Shown here one piece after another: positions 27,436 through 40,951 of a stretch of 64,000 nt of DNA (position 1 is its first letter; every line of letters starts with the position of its first letter). Under the pieces are notes generated by a model. The model was not told the DNA's origin. It was given only the letters and a program-made list of their open reading frames with translations, and did no database searches. Source of the stretch: Eledone cirrhosa (taxonomy: Eukaryota); NCBI GenBank assembly GCA_964016885.1, contig OZ024741.1, positions 255,626,001 to 255,690,000 of the forward strand, given 5' to 3'. The position numbers were made by a program, and so were the translations under genes.

Positions 27436-30400
27436 GTTTCGCTTTACGAGTGTTTCGACTTACGAGTGTTTCGACATACGAGTGTTTCGACTTCCGAATG
27501 TTTTCGCTTACGGGTGTTTCGACTTACGAATGTTTCGGCTTACGAGTGTTTCGGCTTACGAGTGTTCCGACTTAGGAGTGTTTCGGCTTACGGGTGTTTC
27601 CGGCTTACGAGTGTTTCGACTTTAGAGTGTTTCGACTTTAGAGTGTTTTGACTTACGGTGTTTCGGCTTACGAGTGATTCGACTTACGAGTGTTTTGACT
27701 TACGAGTGTTTCGACTTACGAGTGTTTTGACTTACGAATGTTTTGACTTACGGGTGTTTCGGCTTACGAGTGTTTCGACTTACGAGTGTTTCGGCTTGCG
27801 AGTGTTTCGGCTTGCTAATGTTTTTACTTACGAGTGTTTAGGCGTACGAGTGTTTCGACTTACGAGTGTTTCGACTTACGGGTGTTTTGACTTACGGGTG
27901 TTTCGGCTTACCAGTGTTTCGACTTACGAGTGATTTGACTTAAGGGTGTTTCGACATACGAGTGTTTCGACTTACGAGTGGTTCGACTTACGAGTGTTTC
28001 GGATTACGAGTGTTTTGACTTCAGGGTGTTTAGACTTACGAGTGTTTCGATACGAGTGTTTCGACTTACGAGTGTTCTGACTTACGAGTATTCTGATTTA
28101 CGGATGTTTCGACACACGAGTGTTTCGAATTACGAGTGTTTCGACTTACGAGTGTTTTGACTTACGGGTGTTTTGACATACGAGTGTTTCGATACGAGTG
28201 TTTCGACTTATGAGTGTTTCGACTTACGAGTGTTCTGACTTACGAGTGTTCTGACTTACGAGTGTTCTGATTTACGGATGTTTCGACACACGAGTGTTTC
28301 GATACGAGTGTTTCGACTTACGAGTGTTTCGACTTATGAGTGTTTCGACTTACGAGTGTTCTGACTTACGAGTGTTTTGACTTACGAGTGTTCCGACTTA
28401 CGAGTGTTTCGGTTTACGAGTGTTTCGACATACGAGTGTTTTGACTTACGGGTGTTTCGACTTACGGGTGTTTCGACTTACGAGTGTTTTGGCTTACGAG
28501 TGTTTCGACTTACTAATGTTTTTACTTACGAGTGTTTCGGTGTACGAATGTTTTGACTTAAGGATGTTTCGACTTACGAGTGTTTCGACTTACGAGTGTT
28601 TCGGCTTACGTGAGTTTCGACTTAAGATGGTTCTGATTTACGAGTGTTCTGACTTACGAGTGTTTCGGCTTATGAGTGTTTCGACTTACGAGTGTTTCGG
28701 CTTACGAGTGTTTCGACTTATGGGTGTTTCGACTTACGAGTGTTTTTACTTACGGTGTTTCGGCTTACGAGTGTTTCGACATACGAGTGTTTTGACTTAC
28801 GGGTGTTTCGACTTACGAGTATTTTTGGCTTACGAGTGTTTCGACTTACGAGTGTTTTGACTTACGAGTGTTCTGATTTACGGATGTTTCGACATACGAG
28901 TGTTTCGACTTACGAGTGTTTCGACTTATGAGTGTTTCGACTTACGAGTGTTTCGGCTTACGAGTGTTTTGACTTACGGGTGTTTTGACATACGAGTGTT
29001 TCGATACGAGTGTTCTGACTTACGAGTGTTCTGACTTACGAGTGTTTTGACTTACGAGTGTTCTGACTTACGAGTGTTCCGACTTACGAGTGTTCCGACT
29101 TACGCGTGTTTCGGCTTACGAGTGTTTCCGGCTTACGAGTGTTTCGACTTCCGAGTGTTTTGACTTACGTGTTTCGGCTTACGAGTGATTCGACTTACGA
29201 GTGTTTTGACTTACGGGTGATTTGACTTACGGGTGTTGTGAATTACGAGTGTTCCGATTTACGAGTGTTTTGACTTACGGTGTTTCGGCTTACGAGTGAT
29301 TCGACTTACGAATGTTTTGACTTACGGGTGTTTCGGCTTGCGAGTGTTTCGACTTACGAGTGTTTCTGCTTATGGGTGTTTCGACTTACTAATGTTTTTA
29401 CTTACGAGTTTTTCGGCGTACGAGTGTTTTGACTTACGAGTGTTTCGACTTACGAGTGTTTCGACTTACGAGTGATTCGGCTTACGTGAGTTTCGACTTA
29501 AGAGTGTTCTGATTTACGAGTGTTCTGACTTGCGGGTGTTCTGATTTACGAGTGTTCCGACTTACGAGTGTTTCGGCTTATTAGTGTTTCGACTTACGAG
29601 TGTTTCGGCTTACGAGTGTTTCGACTTATGGGTGTTTCGAGTTACGAATGTTTTGACTTACGAATGTTTTGACTTACGAATGTTTTGACTTACGGGTGTT
29701 TCGGCTTACGAGTGTTTCGACTTACGAGTGTTTCGGCTTACGAGTGTTTCGACTTACTAATGTTCTTACTTACGAGTGTTTCGGCGTACGAGAGTTTTGA
29801 CTTACGAGTGTTTCGACTTACGAGTGTTTCGACTTACGAGTGTTTTGACTTACGAATGTTTTGACTTACGGGTGTTTCGGCTTACGAGTGTTTCGACTTA
29901 CGAGTCTTTCGGCTTACGAGTGTTTCGACTTACTAATGTTTTTACTTACGAGTGTTTCGAGGTACGAGTGTTTCGACTTACGAGTGTTTCGACTTACGGG
30001 TGTTTTGACTTACGGGTGTTTCGGCTTACGAGTGTTTTGACTTACGAGTGTTTTGACTTAAGGGTGTTTCGACTTACGAGTATTTTTGGCTTACGAGTGT
30101 TTCGACTTACGAGTGTTTTGACTTACGAGTGTTCTGATTTACGGATGTTTCGACATACGAGTGTTTCGACTTACGAGTGTTTCGACTTATGAGTGTTTCG
30201 ACTTACGAGTGTTTCGGCTTATGAGTGTTTCGACTTACGAGTGCTTCGGCTTACGAGTGTTTCGACTTACGAGTATTTCGGCTTACGAGTGTTTCGACGT
30301 ACGAATGTTTTGGCTTACGAGTGTTTCGGCTTATGAGTGTTTCGGCTTACGAGTGTTTCGACTTACGAGTGTTTCGGCTTACGAGTGTTTCAGTGTTTCG

Positions 30401-32015
30401 GCTTACGTGTGTTTCGACTTACGAGTGTTTCGACTTACGACTGTTTCGGCTTACGAGTGTTTCGGCTTACGAGTGTTTCGACTTACGAGTGTTTTGACTT
30501 ACGAATGTTTTGACTTACGGGTGTTTCGGCTTACGAGTGTTTCGACTTACGAGTCTTTCGGCTTACGAGTGTTTCGACTTACTAATGTTTTTACTTACGA
30601 GTGTTTCGGTGTACGAGTGTTTCGACTTACGAGTGTTTCGACTTACGGGTGTTTTGACTTACGGGTGTTTCGGCTTACGAGTGTTTTGACTTACGAGTGT
30701 TTTGACTTAAGGGTGTTTCGACTTACGAGTATTTTTGGCTTACGAGTGTTTCGACTTACGAGTGTTTTTTTACTTACGAGTGTTCTGATTTACGGATGTT
30801 TCGACATACGAGTGTTTCGACTTACGAGTGTTTCGACTTACTAATGTTCTTACTTACGAGTGTTTCGGCGTACGAGAGTTTTGACTTACGAGTGTTTCGA
30901 CTTACGAGTGTTTCGACTTACGAGTGTTTTGACTTACGAATGTTTTGACTTACGGGTGTTTCGGCTTACGAGTGTTTCGACTTACGAGTCTTTCGGCTTA
31001 CGAGTGTTTCGACTTACTAATGTTTTTACTTACGAGTGTTTCGGCGTACGAGTGTTTCGAATTACGAGTGTTTCGACTTACGGGTGTTTTGACTTACGGG
31101 TGTTTCGGCTTACGAGTGTTTTGACTTACGAGTGTTTTGACTTAAGGTTGTTTCGACTTACGAGTATTTTTGGCTTACGAGTGTTTCGACTTACGAGTGT
31201 TTTGACTTACGAGTGTTCTGATTTACGGATGTTTCGACATACGAGTGTTTCAACTTACGAGTGTTTCGACTTATGAGTGTTTCGACTTACGAGTGTTTCG
31301 GCTTATGAGTGTTTCGACTTACGAGTGCTTCGGCTTACGAGTGTTTCGACTTACGAGTATTTCGGCTTACGAGTGTTTCGACGTACGAATGTTTTGGCTT
31401 ACGAGTGTTTCGGCTTATGAGTGTTTCGGCTTACGAGTGTTTCGACTTACGACTGTTTCGGCTTACGAGTGTTTCGGCTTGCGAGTGTTTCGGCTTACGA
31501 GTGTTTTGACTTACGAGTGTTTTGACTTACGATTGTTTGGCTTACGAGTGTTCTGACTTACGGGTGTTCTGACTTTCGAATGTTCCGACTTACGAGTGTT
31601 TCGGCTTATGAGGGTTTCGACTTACGAGTGCTTCGGCTTACGAGTGTTTCGACTTACGAGTGTTTCGGCTTACGAGTGTTTCGACTTACGAGTGTTTCGA
31701 CTTACGAGTGTTTTGACTTACGGTGTTTCGGCTTCCGAGTGTTTCGACATACGAGTGTTTTGACGTACGGGTGTTTCGACTTACGGGTCTTTCGACTTAA
31801 GTGTGTTTCGACTTACGAGCGCTTCGACTTACGAGTGTTTCGACTTACGAGTGTTTCGGCGTATGAGTGTTTTGACTTACGAGTGTTTCGACTTACGAGT
31901 GTTTCGACTTACGAGTGTTTCGAATTACGAGTGTTTCGACTTACGAGTGTTTTGACTTACGAGTGTTTTGACTTCGGTGTTTCTGCTTACGAGTGTTTCG
32001 ACTTACGAGTGTTAT

Positions 32016-33067
32016 GACTTACGGGTGTTTTCACATACGAGTGTTTCGACTTACGAGTGTTTTGACTTACGGGTGTTTTGACATACGAGTGTTTCGATAC
32101 GAGTGTTCTGACTTACGAGTGTTCTGACTTACGAGTGTTCTGACTTACGAGTGTTTCGACATACGAGTGTTTCGACTTACGGGTGTTTCGGCTTACGAGT
32201 GTTTCGACTTACGAGTGTTTCGGCTTACGAGTGTTTCGACTTACTAATATTTTTACTTACGAGTGTTTCGGCGTACGAGAGTTTTGACTTACGCGTGTTT
32301 CGACTTACGAGTGTTTCGACTTACGAGTATTTTGACTTACGAATGTTTTGACTTACGGGTGTTTCGGCTTACGAGTGTTTCGACTTACGAGTCTTTCGGC
32401 TTACGAGTGTTTCGACTTACTAATGTTTTTACTTACGAGTGTTTCGGCGTACGAGTGTTTCGACTTCCGAGTGTTTCGACTTACGGGTGTTTTGACTTAC
32501 GGGTGTATCGGCTTACGAGTGTTTTGACTTACGAGTGTTTTGACTTACGGGTGTTTTCACATACGAGTGTTTCGACTTACGAGTGTTTTGACTTACGGGT
32601 GTTTTGACATACGAGTGTTTCGATACGAGTGTTCTGACTTACGAGTGTTCTGACTTACGAGTGTTCTGACTTACGAGTGTTTCGACATACGAGTGTTTCG
32701 ACTTACGGGTGTTTCGGCTTACGAGTGTTTCGACTTACGAGTGTTTCGGCTTACGAGTGTTTCGACTTACTAATATTTTTACTTACGAGTGTTTCGGCGT
32801 ACGAGAGTTTTGACTTACGCGTGTTTCGACTTACGAGTGTTTCGACTTACGAGTATTTTGACTTACGAATGTTTTGACTTACGGGTGTTTCGGCTTACGA
32901 GTGTTTCGACTTACGAGTCTTTCGGCTTACGAGTGTTTCGACTTACTAATGTTTTTACTTACGAGTGTTTCGGCGTACGAGTGTTTCGACTTCCGAGTGT
33001 TTCGACTTACGGGTGTTTTGACTTACGGGTGTATCGGCTTACGAGTGTTTTGACTTACGAGTGTTTT
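32016..33067 (+). repeat. Tandem duplication, 526-bp unit x2 (approximate ends)
   Basis: ORFs 32151/32677 and 32263/32789 match. The marker GTGTTTTCACATACG occurs at 32025 and 32551. Confidence 0.88.
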
Positions 33068-33760
33068 GACTTAAGGGTGTTTCGACTTACGAGTATTTTT
33101 GGCTTACGAGTGTTTCGACTTACGAGTGTTTTGACTTACGAGTGTTCTGATTTACGGATGTTTCGACATACGAGTGTTTCGACTTACGAGTGTTTCGACT
33201 TATGAGTGTTTCGACTTACGAGTGTTTCGACTTACGAGTGTTTCGGCTTGTGATTGTTTCGACTTACGAGTGTTTTGACTTACGGTGTTTCAGCTTACGA
33301 GTGTTTCGACTTACGAGTGTTTTGACTTACGGGTGTTTTGACATACGAGTGTTTCGATACGAGTGTTCTGACTTACGATTGTTCTGACTTACGAGTGTTT
33401 TGACTTACGAGTGTTCTGACTTACGAGTGTTCTGACTTACGAGTGTTTCGGCTTACGAGTGTTTTGACTTAAGGGTGTTTCGACTTACGAGTGTTTCGAT
33501 ACGAGTGTTTCGACTTACGAGTGTTTCGGCTTACGAGTGTTTCGACTTACGAGTGTTTCGACTTACGAGTGTTCCGACTTACGGGTGTTTCGACTTACGA
33601 GTGTTTTGGCTTACGGTGTTTCGACTTACGAGTGTTTCGAGTTAAGAGTGTTTTGACTTACGAGTGTTCTGACTTACGAGTGTTCTGACTTACGAGTGTT
33701 CCGACTTTACGAGTGTTTCGGCTCACGAGTGTTTCGGCTTACGAGTGTTTCGACTTACGA

Positions 33761-33829
33761 AAATAACAAATAGACGCGGTTTCAAATCTCTATGCTTTTC
33801 AAATTCATTACATTAATCTTTATTTATAC
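33761..33829 (+). repeat. 69-bp AT-rich element, copy 6 (context A)
   Basis: Matches copy 1. Confidence 0.97.
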
Positions 33830-36430
33830 GTTTCGCTTTACGAGTGTTTCGACTTACGAGTGTTTCGACATACGAGTGTTTCGACTTACGAATGTTTTTG
33901 CTTACGGGTGTTTCGACTTACGAATGTTTTTGCTTACGAGTGTTTCGGTTTACGAGTGTTCCGACTTACGAGTGTTCCGACTTACGAGTGTTTCGGCTTA
34001 CGAGTGTTTCCGGCTTACGAGTGTTTCAACTTACGAGTGTTCTGACTTACGAGTGTTCTGATTTACGGATGTTTCGACACACGAGTGTTTCGAATTACGA
34101 GTATTTCGACTTACGAGTGTTTTGACTTACGGGTGTTTTGACATACGAGTGTTTCGATACGAGTGTTTCGACTTACGAGTGTTCTGACTTACGAGTGTTC
34201 TGATTTACGGATGTTTCGACATACGAGTGTTTCGACTTACGAGTGTTTCGACTTATGAGTGTTTCGACTTACGAGTGTTTCGGATTACGAGTGTTTCGAC
34301 TTACGAGTGTTTTGACTTACGGTGTTTCGGCTTACGAGTGTTTCGACTTGCGAGTGTTTTGACTTACGGGTGTTTTGACATACGAGTGTTTCGATACGAG
34401 TGTTCTGACTTACGAGTGTTCTGACTTACGAGTGTTCTGACTTACGAGTGTTCTGACTTACGGGTGTTTCGACTTACGAGTATTTTTGGCTTACCAGTGT
34501 TTCGACTTACGAGTGTTTTGACTTACGAGTGTTCTGATTTACGGATGTTTCGACACACGAGTGTTTCGACTTACGAATGTTTCGACTTATGAGTGTTTCG
34601 ACTTACGAGTGTTTCGGCTTACGAGTGTTTCGACTTACGAGTGTTTTGACTTACGGGTGTTTTGACATACGAGTGTTTCGATACGAGTGTTTTGACTTAC
34701 GAGTGTTCTGACTTACGAGTGTTCCGACTTACGAGTGTTCCGACTTACGAGTGTTTCGGCTTACGAGTGTTTCCGGCTTACGAGTGTTTCGACTTCCGAG
34801 TGTTTTGACTTACGGTGTTTCGGCTTACGAGTGATTCGACTTACGAGTGTTCTGACTTACGGGTGATTTGACTTACGGGTGTTGTGAATTTCGAGTGTTC
34901 CGATTTACGAGTGTTTTGACTTACGGTGTTTCGGCTTACGAGTGATTCGACTTACGAATGTTTTGACTTACGGGTGTTTCGGCTTGCGAGTGTTTCGACT
35001 TACGAGTGTTTCGGCTTATGGGTGTTTCGACTTACTAATGTTTTTACTTACGAGTGTTTCGGCGTACGAGTGTTTTGACTTACGAGTGTTTCGACTTACG
35101 AGTGTTTCGACTTACGAGTGTTTCGACTTACGAGTGTTTCGGCTTACGTGAGTTTCGACTTAAGAGTGTTCTGATTTACGAGTGTTCTGACTTGCGGGTG
35201 TTCTGATTTACGAGTGTTCCGACTTACGAGTGTTTCGGCTTATTAGTGTTTCGACTTACGAGTGTTTCGGCTTACGAGTGTTTCGACTTATGGGTGTTTC
35301 GACTTACGAGTGTTTTTACTTACGGTGTTTCGGCTTACGAGTGTTTCGACATACGAGTGTTTTGACTTACGGGTGTTTCGACTTACGAGTGTTTTGACTT
35401 ACGAATGTTTTGACTTACGGGTGTTTCGGATTACGAGTGTTTCGACTTACGAGTGTTTCGGCTTACGAGTGTTTCGACTTACTAATGTTCTTACGAGTGT
35501 TTCGGCGTACGAGAGTTTTGACTTACGAGTGTTTCGACTTACGAGTGTTTCGACTTACGAGTTTTTTGACTTACGAATGTTTTGACTTACGGGTGTTTCG
35601 GCTGACGAGTGTTTCGACTTACGAGTCTTTCGGCTTACGAGTGTTTCGACGTACTAATGTTTTTACTTACGAGTGTTTCGGCGTACGAGTGTTTCGACTT
35701 ACGAGTGTTTCGACTTACGGGTGTTTTGACTTACGGGTGTTTCGGCTTACGAGTGTTTTGACTTACGAGTGTTTTGATTTAAGGGTGTTTCGACTTACGA
35801 GTATTTTTGGCTTACGAGTGTTTCGACTTACGAGTGTTTTGACTTACGAGTGTTCTGATTTACGGATGTTTCGACATACGAGTGTTTCGACTTACGAGTG
35901 TTTCGACGTACGAATGTTTTGGCTTACGAGTGTTTCGGCTTATGAGTGTTTCGGCTTACGAGTGTTTCGACTTACGAGTGTTTCGGCTTACGAGTGTTTC
36001 AGTGTTTCGGCTTACGTGTGTTTCGACTTACGAGTGTTTCGACTTACGAGTGTTTTGACTTACGAGTGTTCTGATTTACGGATGTTTCGACATACGAGTG
36101 TTTCATCTTACGAGTGTTTCGACTTATGAGTGTTTCGACTTACGAGTGTTTCGGCTTGTGATTGTTTCGACTTACGAGTGTTTTAACTTACGGTGTTTCA
36201 GCTTACGAGTGTTTTGGCTTACGGTGTTTCGGCTTACGAGTGTTTCGAGTTACGAGTGTTTTGACTTACACGTGTTTTGACATATGAGTGTTTCGATACG
36301 AGTGTTCTGACTTACGAGTGTTCTGACTTACGAGTGTTCTGACTTACGAGTGTTCTGACTTACGAGTGTTCCGACTTTACGAGTGTTTCGGCTCACGAGT
36401 GTTTCGGCTTACGAGTGTTTCGACTTACGA

Positions 36431-36499
36431 AAATAACAAATAGACGCGGTTTCAAATCTCTATGCTTTTCAAATTCATTACATTAATCTTTATTTATAC
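36431..36499 (+). repeat. 69-bp AT-rich element, copy 7 (context B)
   Basis: Matches copy 1, with downstream monomers as in copy 2. Confidence 0.97.
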
Positions 36500-38370
36500 G
36501 TTTCGCTTTACGAGTGTTTCGACTTACGAGTGTTTCGACATACGAGTGTTTCGGCTTACGAGTGTTTTGATTTACGAGTGTTTTGACTTACGGGTGCTTC
36601 GACTTACGCGTGTTTCGACTTACGAGTGTTTCGACTTACGAGTGTTTCGACTTACGAGTGTTTCGGCTTACGAGTGTTTTGACTTACGAATGTTTTGACT
36701 TACGATTGTTTCGGCTTACGAGTGTTTCGACTTACGAGTGTTCTGACTACGAGTGTTCTGACTTACGGGTGATCTGACTTACGAGTTTTCCGACTTACGA
36801 GTGTTTCGGCTTATGAGTGTTTCGACTTACGAGTGCTTCGACTTACGAGTGTTTCGGCTTACGGGTGTTTCGACTTACGAATGTTTTTGCTTACTAGTGT
36901 TTCGGCTTACGAGTGTTTCGGTTTATGAGTGTTTCGACTTACGAGTGTTTTGACTTACGGGTGTTTTGACATACGAGTGTTTCGATACGATTGTTCTGAC
37001 TTACGAGTGTTTCCGCTTACGAGTGTTTCGGCTTACGAGTGTTTCGACTTACTAATGTTTTTACTTACGAGTGTTTCGGTGTACGAGTGTTTCGACTTAA
37101 GGATGTTTCGACTTACGAGTGTTTCGACTTACGAGTGTTTCGACTTACGAGTGTTTCGACTTACGAGTGTTTTGGCTTACGAATGTTTTGACTTACGGGT
37201 GTTTCGACTTACGAGTGTTTCGGCTTATGAGTGTTTCGACTTACGGGCGTTTCGACTTACGGGTGTTTCGACTTACGAGTGTTTTGGCTTACGAATGTTT
37301 TGACTTACGGGTGTTTCGACTTACGAGTGTTTCGACTTATGAGTGTTTGGACTTACGAGTGTTTCGGCTTATGAGTGTTTCGACTTACGAGTGCTTCGGC
37401 TTACGAGTGTTTCGACTGACGAGTATTTCGGCTTACGAGTGTTTCGACGTACGAATGTGTTGGCTTACGAGTGTTTCGGCTTATGAGTGTTTCGGCTTAC
37501 GAGTGTTTCGACTTACGAGGGTTTCGGCTTACGAGTGTTTCAGTGTTTCGGCTTACGTGTGTTTCGACTTACGAGTGTTTCGACTTACGACTGTTTCGGC
37601 TTACGAGTGTTTCGGCTTACGAGTGGTTCGGCTTACGAGTGTTTTGAATTACGATTGTTTGGCTTACGAGTGTTCTGACTTACGGGTGTTCTGACTTACG
37701 AGGGTTCCGACTTACGAGTGTTTCGGCTTATGAGGGTTTCGACTTACGAGTGCTTCGGCTTACGAGTGTTTCGACTTACGAGTGTTTCGGCTTACGAGTG
37801 TTTCGACTTACGAGTGTTTTGACTTACGGTGTTTCGGCTTACGAGTGTTTCGACATACGAGTGTTTTGACGTACGGGTGTTTCGACTTACGGGTCTTTCT
37901 ACTTAAGAGTGTTTCGACTTACGAGCGCTTCGACTTACGAGTGTTTCGACTTACGAGTGTTTCGGCGTATGAGTGTTTTGACTTACGAGTGTTTCGACTT
38001 ATGAGTGTTTCGACTTACGAGTGTTTCGAATTACGAGTGTTTCGACTTACGAGTGTTTTGACTTACGAGTGTTTTGACTTACGGTGTTTCTGCTTACGAG
38101 TGTTTCGACTTACGAGTGTTATGACTTACGGGTGTTTTGACATACGAGTGTTTCGACTTACGAGTGTTTTGACTTACGGGTGTTTTGACATACGAGTGTT
38201 TCGATAGGAGTGTTCTGACTTACGAGTGTTCTGACTTACGAGTGTTCTGACTTACGAGTGTTCTGACTTACGAGTGTTCTGACTTACGAGTGTTCTGACT
38301 TACGAGTGTTCCGACTTTACGAGTGTTTCGGCTCACGAGTGTTTCGGCTTACGAGTGTTTCGACTTACGA

Positions 38371-38439
38371 AAATAACAAATAGACGCGGTTTCAAATCTC
38401 TATGCTTTTCAAATTCATTACATTAATCTTTATTTATAC
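38371..38439 (+). repeat. 69-bp AT-rich element, copy 8 (context B)
   Basis: Matches copy 1. Confidence 0.97.
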
Positions 38440-40882
38440 GTTTCGCTTTACGAGTGTTTCGACTTACGAGTGTTTCGACATACGAGTGTTTCGGCTTACG
38501 AGTGTTTTGATTTACGAGTGTTTTGACTTACGGGTGCTTCGACTTACGCGTGTTTCGACTTACGAGTGTTTCGACTTACGAGTGTTTCGGCTTATGAGTG
38601 TTTTGACTTACGAATGTTTTGACTTACGATTGTTTCGGCTTACGAGTGTTTCGACTTACGAGTGTTCTGACTACGAGTGTTCTGACTTACGGGTGTTCTG
38701 ACTTACGAGTGTTCTGACTTACGAGTGTTTCGGCTTATGAGTGTTTCGACTTACGAGTGCTTCGACTTACGAGTGTTTCGGCTTACGGGTGTTTCGACTT
38801 ACGAGTATTTCGGCTGACGAGTGTTTCGACGTACGAATGTTTTGGCTTACGAGTGTTTCGGCTTATGAGTGTTTCGGCTTACGAGTGTTTCGACTTACGA
38901 GTGTTTCGGCTTACGAGTGTTTCAGTGTTTCGGCTTACGTGTGTTTCGACTTACGATTGTTTCGACTTACGACTGTTTCGGCTTACGAGTGTTTCGGCTT
39001 GCGAGTGTTTCGGCTTACGAGTGTTATGACTTACGAGTGTTTTGACTTACGATTGTTTGGCTTACGAGTGTTCTGACTTACGGGTGTTCTGACTTTCGAA
39101 TGTTCCGACTTACGAGTGTTTCGGCTTATGAGGGTTTCGACTTACGAGTGCTTCGGCTTACGAGTGTTTCGACTTACGAGTGTTTCGGCTTACGAGTGTT
39201 TCGACTTACGAGTGTTTCGACTTACGAGTGTTTTGACTTACGGTGTTTCGGCTTACGAGTGTTTCGACATACGAGTGTTTTGACGTACGGGTGTTTCGAC
39301 TTACGGGTCTTTCGACTTAAGAGTGTTTCGACTTACGAGCGCTTCGACTTACGAGTGTTTCGACTTACGAGTGTTTCGGCGTATGAGTGCCTTGACTTAC
39401 GAGTGTTTCGACTTACGAGTGTTTCGACTTACGAGTGTTTCGAATTACGAGTGTTTCGACTTACGAGTGTTTTGACTTACGAGTGTTTTGACTTCTGTGT
39501 TTCTGCTTACGAGTGTTTCGACTTACGAGTGTTATGACTTACGGGTGTTTTCACATACGAGTGTTTCGACTTACGAGTGTTTTGACTTACGGGTGTTTTG
39601 ACATACGAGTGTTTCGATACGAGTGTTCTGACTTACGAGTGTTCTGACTTACGAGTGTTCTGACTTACGAGTGTTTCGACATACGAGTGTTTTGACTTAC
39701 GGGTGTTTCGACTTACGAGTGTTTTCACTTACGAATGTTTTGACTTACGGGTGTTTCGGCTTACGAGTGTTTCGACTTACGAGTGTTTCGGCTTACGAGT
39801 GTTTCGACTTACTAATATTTTTACTTACGAGTGTTTCGGCGTACGAGAGTTTTGACTTACGCGTGTTTCGACTTACGAGTGTTTCGACTTACGAGTATTT
39901 TGACTTACGAATGTTTTGACTTACGGGTGTTTCGGCTTACGAGTGTTTCGACTTACGAGTCTTTCGGCTTACGAGTGTTTCGACTTACTAATGTTTTTAC
40001 TTACGAGTGTTTCGGCGTACGAGTGTTTCGACTTCCGAGTGTTTCGACTTACGGGTGTTTTGACTTACGGGTGTATCGGCTTACGAGTGTTTTGACTTAC
40101 GAGTGTTTTGACTTAAGGGTGTTTCGACTTACGAGTATTTTTGGCTTACGAGTGTTTCGACTTACGAGTGTTTTGACTTACGAGTGTTCTGATTTACGGA
40201 TGTTTCGACATACGAGTGTTTCGACTTACGAGTGTTTCGACTTATGAGTGTTTCGACTTACGAGTGTTTCGACTTACGAGTGTTTCGGCTTGTGATTGTT
40301 TCGACTTACGAGTGTTTTGACTTACGGTGTTTCAGCTTACGAGTGTTTCGACTTACGAGTGTTTTGACTTACGGGTGTTTTGACATACGAGTGTTTCGAT
40401 ACGAGTGTTCTGACTTACGAGTGTTCTGACTTACGAGTGTTTTGACTTACGAGTGTTCTGACTTACGAGTGTTCCGACTTACGAGTGTTCCGACTTACGA
40501 GTGTTCCGACTTACGAGTGTTTCGGCTTACGAGTGTTTTGACTTAAGGGTGTTTCGACTTACGAGTGTTTCGATACGAGTGTTTCGACTTACGAGTGTTT
40601 CGGCTTACGAGTGTTTCGACTTACGAGTGTTTCGACTTACGAGTGTTCCGACTTACGGGTGTTTCGACTTACGAGTGTTTTGGCTTACGGTGTTTCGACT
40701 TACGAGTGTTTCGAGTTAAGAGTGTTTTGACTTACGAGTGTTCTGATTTACGAGTGTTCTGACTTACGAGTGTTCTGACTTACGAGTGTTCTGACTTACG
40801 AGTGTTCTGACTTACGAGTGTTCCGACTTTACGAGTGTTTCGGCTCACGAGTGTTTCGGCTTACGAGTGTTTCGACTTACGA

Positions 40883-40951
40883 AAATAACAAATAGACGCG
40901 GTTTCAAATCTCTATGCTTTTCAAATTCATTACATTAATCTTTATTTATAC
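40883..40951 (+). repeat. 69-bp AT-rich element, copy 9 (context A)
   Basis: Matches copy 1. Confidence 0.97.
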
